64,000 nt of DNA, taken from the NCBI GenBank assembly GCA_965250285.1, contig OZ252299.1:3456001-3520000 (forward strand), given 5' to 3'. Shown here piece by piece: positions 59,129 through 64,000 of this stretch (position 1 is the stretch's first letter; each line of letters begins with the position of its first letter). Source of the DNA: Myxococcota bacterium (GTDB lineage: Bacteria; Myxococcota_A; UBA9160; UBA4427). The position numbers and the translations under genes are program-made. The notes beneath the pieces were generated by a model. The model was not told the origin of the DNA and did no database searches. It saw only the letters and a program-made list of their open reading frames with translations.

Positions 59129-60862
59129 ATGGCTCGGCGACCCCACCCTCTCACGAGCGCGCTCTTCGGCATGCCAGCCGCCGCGCTCGGGTCTGCGCTC
59201 GCGCTCGGCCGCACCCTCTCCGTCGCGCTCGTTCTCGCGCTCGCACTCGCCGGCACGAATGCGCAGGCCGACACGGCCCGCGGCACCGTCTTCGAGGACG
59301 CCAACGGGGACGGCGTGCGCAGCGCCGGCGAGACGGGCGTCGCCGGGGTGCGCGTGTCGAACGGACGGTCGATCGTGAAGACCGACGCCGACGGGCGTTA
59401 CGAGATCGACCTCGAGCCCGGCGAGGTGCTCTTCATCACGAAGCCTTCGGGCTGGATGACCCCGGTCGACGCACATCAGCTGCCTCGCTTCTACTACGTG
59501 TACTCGCCCGAAGGATCGCCGAAGCTTCGCTACCCGGGTGTCGCTCCGACCGGCCCGCTCCCCGAAGCGATCGACTTTGCGCTCGTCCCGCGCGAGGAGG
59601 CGTCCCGCTTCGAAGTCATCCTGTTCGCCGATCCACAGCCCCAGAGCGAGATCGAGCTCGGCTATCTGCGCGACGACATCGTGGCCGAGCTGATCGGCAC
59701 CGACGCGCTCTTCGGCATGACCATGGGCGACATCCTCTTCGACGATCTGTCCTTCTTCCCGCGCTCCAACGCAGTCATCGCCCAGATCGGGGTGCCCTGG
59801 TACAACGTGCCGGGCAATCACGAGCTGAACCTCGACGCAGCAAACGACGCCGAGTCGCTCGAGACCTTCAAACGATTCTTCGGCCCGCCCTACTACTCGT
59901 TCGAAGTGGCCGATGCCGTCTTCTACGTGCTCGACAACATCGACTACCAGGGTGCGGGCGAGAGTGATCCTGCCGACTTCAGGCGCAAGGGCAGCTACGA
60001 AGCCCGAATCGGCAAGCGGCAGCTCGATTGGCTGAAGCGTGATCTGCAGTCCGTGCCCGACGACCGGCTCGTGTTCCTCGCGATGCACGCGCCCCTGCGC
60101 ACGTACCTGGGCGATTACGCTGGGGCGAACACACAAGACCGCAAGAAGCTCTTCGACGTGCTGCGTGGGCGCGAGCACCTGTACGCCGTGGCGGGCCACA
60201 CGCACACGACCGAGCACCACTACTTCGGCGAAGACGACGGCTTCCGTGGGCCCGGCGAGTTCCATCACCACGTCCTCACGACGGGTTCGGGCAGCTGGTG
60301 GAGCGGCCCGGTCGACCCGCGCGGTGTCGCCGCGGCCGATCAGCGCGACGGGACGCCCAATGGCTACCACGTGCTCGAGGTCGACGGCGTCGAGACGACG
60401 GTGCGCTACAAGGCGGCGAGCAAGCCGGCCGACTTCCAGATGCGCATCATGATCGACTCGACCGAGCACCTCGTCGAGGCGCCCGTGATCCGGCAGTACC
60501 GCCCGGGAGAGCTCCTCGACGGCCAGGTGCGGGCCGACGCGATCCCGCCGGCCCGCGTTCTCGTCAACCTCTTCGACGGCGGCCCCAAGTCGAAGGTGGC
60601 GTACGTGATCGACGACGGCGCGCCCGTCGAAATGACGCGCACGTCGATGATCGATCCGTTCGTCAACGAGCTCTACGTTCGCCACCCCGATGAGACGAAG
60701 CCCTGGGTGAAGGCCATGCCATCGAGCCACATGTTCGTCGCGCCCCTGCCCGCCGACCTTTCGCCGGGCACGTACACCCTCTCTGTCCAGGCCGTCGACG
60801 AATTCGGCCGCACACACCACGGCCACCGGGTGCTCGAGATCATCGGGTCGTCCGGGCGCTGA
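59129..60862 (+). CDS. secreted calcineurin-like metallophosphoesterase
   Basis: GAGGAGG RBS and signal peptide; VFEDANGDG...VSNG N-domain; ADPQ, MGD, PGNHE, MH, AGHTH; GSWWSG and DGTPNGY. Confidence 0.88.
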   Translation: MARRPHPLTSALFGMPAAALGSALALGRTLSVALVLALALAGTNAQADTARGTVFEDANGDGVRSAGETGVAGVRVSNGRSIVKTDADGRYEIDLEPGEVLFITKPSGWMTPVDAHQLPRFYYVYSPEGSPKLRYPGVAPTGPLPEAIDFALVPREEASRFEVILFADPQPQSEIELGYLRDDIVAELIGTDALFGMTMGDILFDDLSFFPRSNAVIAQIGVPWYNVPGNHELNLDAANDAESLETFKRFFGPPYYSFEVADAVFYVLDNIDYQGAGESDPADFRRKGSYEARIGKRQLDWLKRDLQSVPDDRLVFLAMHAPLRTYLGDYAGANTQDRKKLFDVLRGREHLYAVAGHTHTTEHHYFGEDDGFRGPGEFHHHVLTTGSGSWWSGPVDPRGVAAADQRDGTPNGYHVLEVDGVETTVRYKAASKPADFQMRIMIDSTEHLVEAPVIRQYRPGELLDGQVRADAIPPARVLVNLFDGGPKSKVAYVIDDGAPVEMTRTSMIDPFVNELYVRHPDETKPWVKAMPSSHMFVAPLPADLSPGTYTLSVQAVDEFGRTHHGHRVLEIIGSSGR

Positions 60863-60889
60863 TCCCATGAGACGAGCCCAGGTGACGGG

Positions 60890-61558
60890 TTGACCGTGCA
60901 GAGCTGGATCCTACTCGGTGCGGTGCTCGCCGCGGTCGATCTGGCTTCGTGCGTGGCCTTTCATTCGAGCCAGCGCCGCCGCGTCGCCCGTCGCCAGCGA
61001 CGTGGTGGTGTCGACGTCGCAGTCGTGCTCTTCGGCGGCTCCCCTCACACGGGTGCGCTCGATGCGACGACCTGCAGGCGCCTCGAACGCGCGCTCGCGT
61101 TGCTGCGCGACGGACACGCCCACGCCGTGCTGTGTGCCGGGGGGGCGCGCGCACACGCCGACCACGTGGGCGCCCGGATGATGCGCGAAGGGCTGCTGGC
61201 AGATGGAGCCGATCCGGCGCGGGTTCACATCGATGCCGGCTCGTGGGACACGGAGAGCAGCTGGCGGAGCGTCGTCGCGGCGTGCCAGGCGCGCGGCTGG
61301 CGAACGGCGACGTTCGTGAGCGGGCCCGTTCAGCTCGCCCGAATCCTCCGGTACGCCGAACGCGACGGGGGGCTCGACGCGTCGACCGACGCGATCGATG
61401 AGGAGGATTCGATTCGGGCCATCGGCGCGCTGCGTTGGTGGCGCGGGACGCATCGGCGGCTCGCGCTCGCTCTGGTGGAAGGGCTGGTGCCGACGTCGAC
61501 GTACCGGCGTTGGGTGCGCCAGAGACGCTACGAGGCCGCGCCGACTAGTCGGCGCTGA
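60890..61558 (+). CDS. YdcF/SanA (DUF218) family protein
   Basis: N-terminal TM, VVLFGG, RRLERALAL, LCAGG, M...L...G and SWDT. Some C-terminal motif residues look degenerate. Confidence 0.7.
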   Translation: MTVQSWILLGAVLAAVDLASCVAFHSSQRRRVARRQRRGGVDVAVVLFGGSPHTGALDATTCRRLERALALLRDGHAHAVLCAGGARAHADHVGARMMREGLLADGADPARVHIDAGSWDTESSWRSVVAACQARGWRTATFVSGPVQLARILRYAERDGGLDASTDAIDEEDSIRAIGALRWWRGTHRRLALALVEGLVPTSTYRRWVRQRRYEAAPTSRR

Positions 61559-62969
61559 TGGCTCCGGGCGGCTTCATGTAGCTCGGCACCGACAATCCGT
61601 AGAGGTCGAGCAGGAACGGCGCCATGTCGAGCGTCGAGACCTCGGCCCGGTGATTGTTCGCGTACTCGTGCTGCGGGTCGTAGAAGATCAGCGTGCCCTT
61701 TGGGATGTGGTACGCCGTGCTGCCCGCTTCGTCCTGAACTTCGTTCACCGCGATCCCGAGCTCCGAGAACGTGCGCGCCTCGTCGCCGACGTAGATCGTC
61801 TCGTAGCCGGCGTCGAGATTCTTGCCCGGTACGTTCCAACCGACGAAACCGCCCTCGTGCACCGTGGGCTGGATCGTCCACTCGAGCAGTCGAATCGACT
61901 CGAGATACCGGACGAGCTCGTCGACGCGCTCCGGCGCAACAACGACGGCGACGCGCGGCTCCATGGCGTGGCGCTTCTCGAACTCGTCTGCGCCGAAACC
62001 GCCCGCTGCCATGAACTGCGTCAGGTCCCCCACCGTCACCTGATTCTTGACGACCGCCGACGACTCGGGCCCCTGGCCCATGCTCGACGAGATCATCACC
62101 CGGTACTCGGGGTGCTTCTCGGCGAACGCGACGGCCCGCCCATAGAAGTCGTCGGCGATGTCCATCGAGAAGAGGATCTCGCTCGAGTAGCGGGCCACCC
62201 ACTCGTCGTCGAACTCCATCTCGTCGCTGTCGAACTGTTCGGGGAACGTCGCGGCCCAGTAGCGATGCATCGACGACGCGACGTGATTCGTGAAGACGTT
62301 GCAGAAAGCGGGCTGCGTCTTCTTGAGCAGGTGCATGAAGAGGTCGTAGGCGACGACAGGCTGATACGAGCGACGCCGGATCTTCTTCCACGGCGTGCGA
62401 CGCTCGTCAACGAGGTGACGAAGCACATCGACGCCCGTCTTCGGCCTCAGGCCGATGAAGGGCGCGCGTAGGAGGAACCCGAGGGCCGATGCCCAGTCGA
62501 TGCCCGACTGGACGTTCCGGCCCGACGCGCGGGTCATGATCAGGTTGAATTCCTGGAACGACTCGAGCGACTTCGGCCAGCTGCGCGCGTCGCCGGCGAA
62601 GGTGTCAGGCAGATAGAACGCGTACTTGTCGAAGTCATCGGGGAGCGGGTAGCTGTTGAACGGACCAAATACGCCCGTGCTCACACCGCCATCGGCCAGC
62701 AGCGACCAGATCGCCGGGTACTCGTGATTCACCTCGGACAGCACCTGCCCGATGTTCTTGATGCCGTGCGTCGTCTCGGGGACGCCGCGATGGTACGTCG
62801 ACCACGTGCGCCAGGGCGCGAGCGGCATCGAGTCGGGGGAGACCGTCGTGTACTGCTTGCAGCGACCGATCGTTCGGGCAATCAGCGAGTCGGGGCGCTG
62901 GGCGCAGTAGTAGTCGAAGATCTCGTACGGGACCTCGTTGAGCTCGATCGAGATCAGCTTTCGTTCCAC
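61545..62969 (-). CDS. conserved hypothetical protein, possibly alkaline-phosphatase-superfamily fold
   Basis: GAGGAG RBS and GTG start; IELNE, PWRTWSTYHRG, FTNHVASSMHRYW, SSMGQ and YHIPKG; strong coding-like codon pattern. Confidence 0.7.
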   Translation of the reverse strand: MERKLISIELNEVPYEIFDYYCAQRPDSLIARTIGRCKQYTTVSPDSMPLAPWRTWSTYHRGVPETTHGIKNIGQVLSEVNHEYPAIWSLLADGGVSTGVFGPFNSYPLPDDFDKYAFYLPDTFAGDARSWPKSLESFQEFNLIMTRASGRNVQSGIDWASALGFLLRAPFIGLRPKTGVDVLRHLVDERRTPWKKIRRRSYQPVVAYDLFMHLLKKTQPAFCNVFTNHVASSMHRYWAATFPEQFDSDEMEFDDEWVARYSSEILFSMDIADDFYGRAVAFAEKHPEYRVMISSSMGQGPESSAVVKNQVTVGDLTQFMAAGGFGADEFEKRHAMEPRVAVVVAPERVDELVRYLESIRLLEWTIQPTVHEGGFVGWNVPGKNLDAGYETIYVGDEARTFSELGIAVNEVQDEAGSTAYHIPKGTLIFYDPQHEYANNHRAEVSTLDMAPFLLDLYGLSVPSYMKPPGAISAD

Positions 62970-63389
62970 AGCCCGGTCTCCTCACTGGCGTGGGTAGGTG
63001 GCAATCCCGACGGGATCGGTGACGCCCGAGTGTGCGTCCTCGCGCGATGTGATCGGCCTGGGCTCACATCCAGCTGAGCGCGACGAGAACGGTTGCGCGA
63101 CGCGCGTTGGCCAATCCGACCACAGCGCCAGATCTTACGAGCGGCCCTGCGTGCTTGTAAAGCAGCATCTCCCATCGGCAGATCGGGGGCAAAGTGGACG
63201 ACCCTTCGCTCGGACGACGTGTCTCCTTGCCGGCGACCCACCCGAGGGGTCGGACGGGTCCATCGATCGGTTTGCCTGTCCGGGCGCGGTGCGGGTCCGT
63301 CGCACGCTCGTCATCCGTTCTTGCGCCTCGCTTGACCGAGCCACGGGGGCGGCTGCCGTACCCTTCGGCTGCCCCCCCGCGGAGTCCGC

Positions 63390-64000
63390 ATGCGGCCGAC
63401 GCGAAGCAACCTTCTGTGTGCCTGTCGATGCATCTCGATCTGGATCGGGATCACGACGGCGGCCGTCGCGGGCGACGGTCGAGAGACGCCGGCGCACCTC
63501 CTGGCACCCCGTCCGATCGAGCTCGAGCACCCGATTCACGTCGACAGCGTGGTCGACGGCGGCTCACTCCTGGGCGAGGTGTGGAGTGTCTCGCCCGCCC
63601 CCTTCGAGACGGTGGCCGCCGAACTGCGTCACCCCGAGACCTGGTGCGACATCGTGACGCTCCACCTGAACGTGAAGGCGTGTGTCCACGAGGTTCGCGA
63701 CGGCCAGCAGTGGATCACGATGTTCATTGGCTACCGCACCTTCCAGACGCCCGAACAGGCCCACCCGCTGGTCGCGGTGCTCGACGTCGACGAGGTGCCG
63801 GGTGAGCTGCGCGCGACGCTCCGCGCCGCCCGAGGCCCGTTCGGCACGTCGAATCATCGACTCGATCTCACCGCGAAGCCCACGGCCGATGGTCGAACGC
63901 GCCTCGAGTTCGACTTCACTCAGCGCTATGGCTGGTGGGCCAAGCACGCCATGAAGGTCTTCCTCGCCACCTGGTCGCGACATCGGGTGGGCTTCACCGA
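63390..64000 (+). CDS. probable secreted conserved hypothetical protein, runs off the window (absent from the ORF track)
   Basis: GGAG RBS and ATG 63390. Open to the end: ...WCDIVTLHLNVKAC...GPFGT...AMKVFLATWSRHRVGFT. Confidence 0.7.
   Translation, partial: MRPTRSNLLCACRCISIWIGITTAAVAGDGRETPAHLLAPRPIELEHPIHVDSVVDGGSLLGEVWSVSPAPFETVAAELRHPETWCDIVTLHLNVKACVHEVRDGQQWITMFIGYRTFQTPEQAHPLVAVLDVDEVPGELRATLRAARGPFGTSNHRLDLTAKPTADGRTRLEFDFTQRYGWWAKHAMKVFLATWSRHRVGFT

Overview
High-GC bacterial chromosome segment of about 55 mostly housekeeping and metabolic genes. The gene mix (PP2C phosphatase, FHA-GAF-cyclase, sigma54 promoters, many acyl-CoA enzymes) is suggestive of a Myxococcota/deltaproteobacterial-type organism; this is inference only. 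Recognisable content: fatty-acyl-CoA enzymes, M18 aminopeptidase, gor, CobW-type GTPase, nth, a Ski2/HelY-like helicase, asd, tesB, a sigma54-driven amtB-glnK pair, argD, DAHP synthase, two paralogous secreted FG-GAP proteins, divergent tRNA-Arg(TCT)/tRNA-His(GTG), a carotenoid/stilbene-oxygenase cluster, and a complete cbb3 oxidase operon ccoNOQPGHIS plus a DsbD_2-type gene. No CRISPR array, transposase or integrase was seen. The standout observation is a translationally coupled pair of membrane PAS histidine kinases with reciprocal defects. One keeps the phospho-acceptor His but has lost its ATP-binding motifs; the other has an intact ATP-binding domain but His->Arg. This suggests an obligate heterodimeric split kinase. 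Also notable: an SGNH hydrolase interrupted by one in-frame TGA before its catalytic His, an EamA gene that seems to need a non-canonical ATC start, several intergenic tandem repeats, and long structured intergenic elements. All family assignments are from motif recognition by eye, not database searches.
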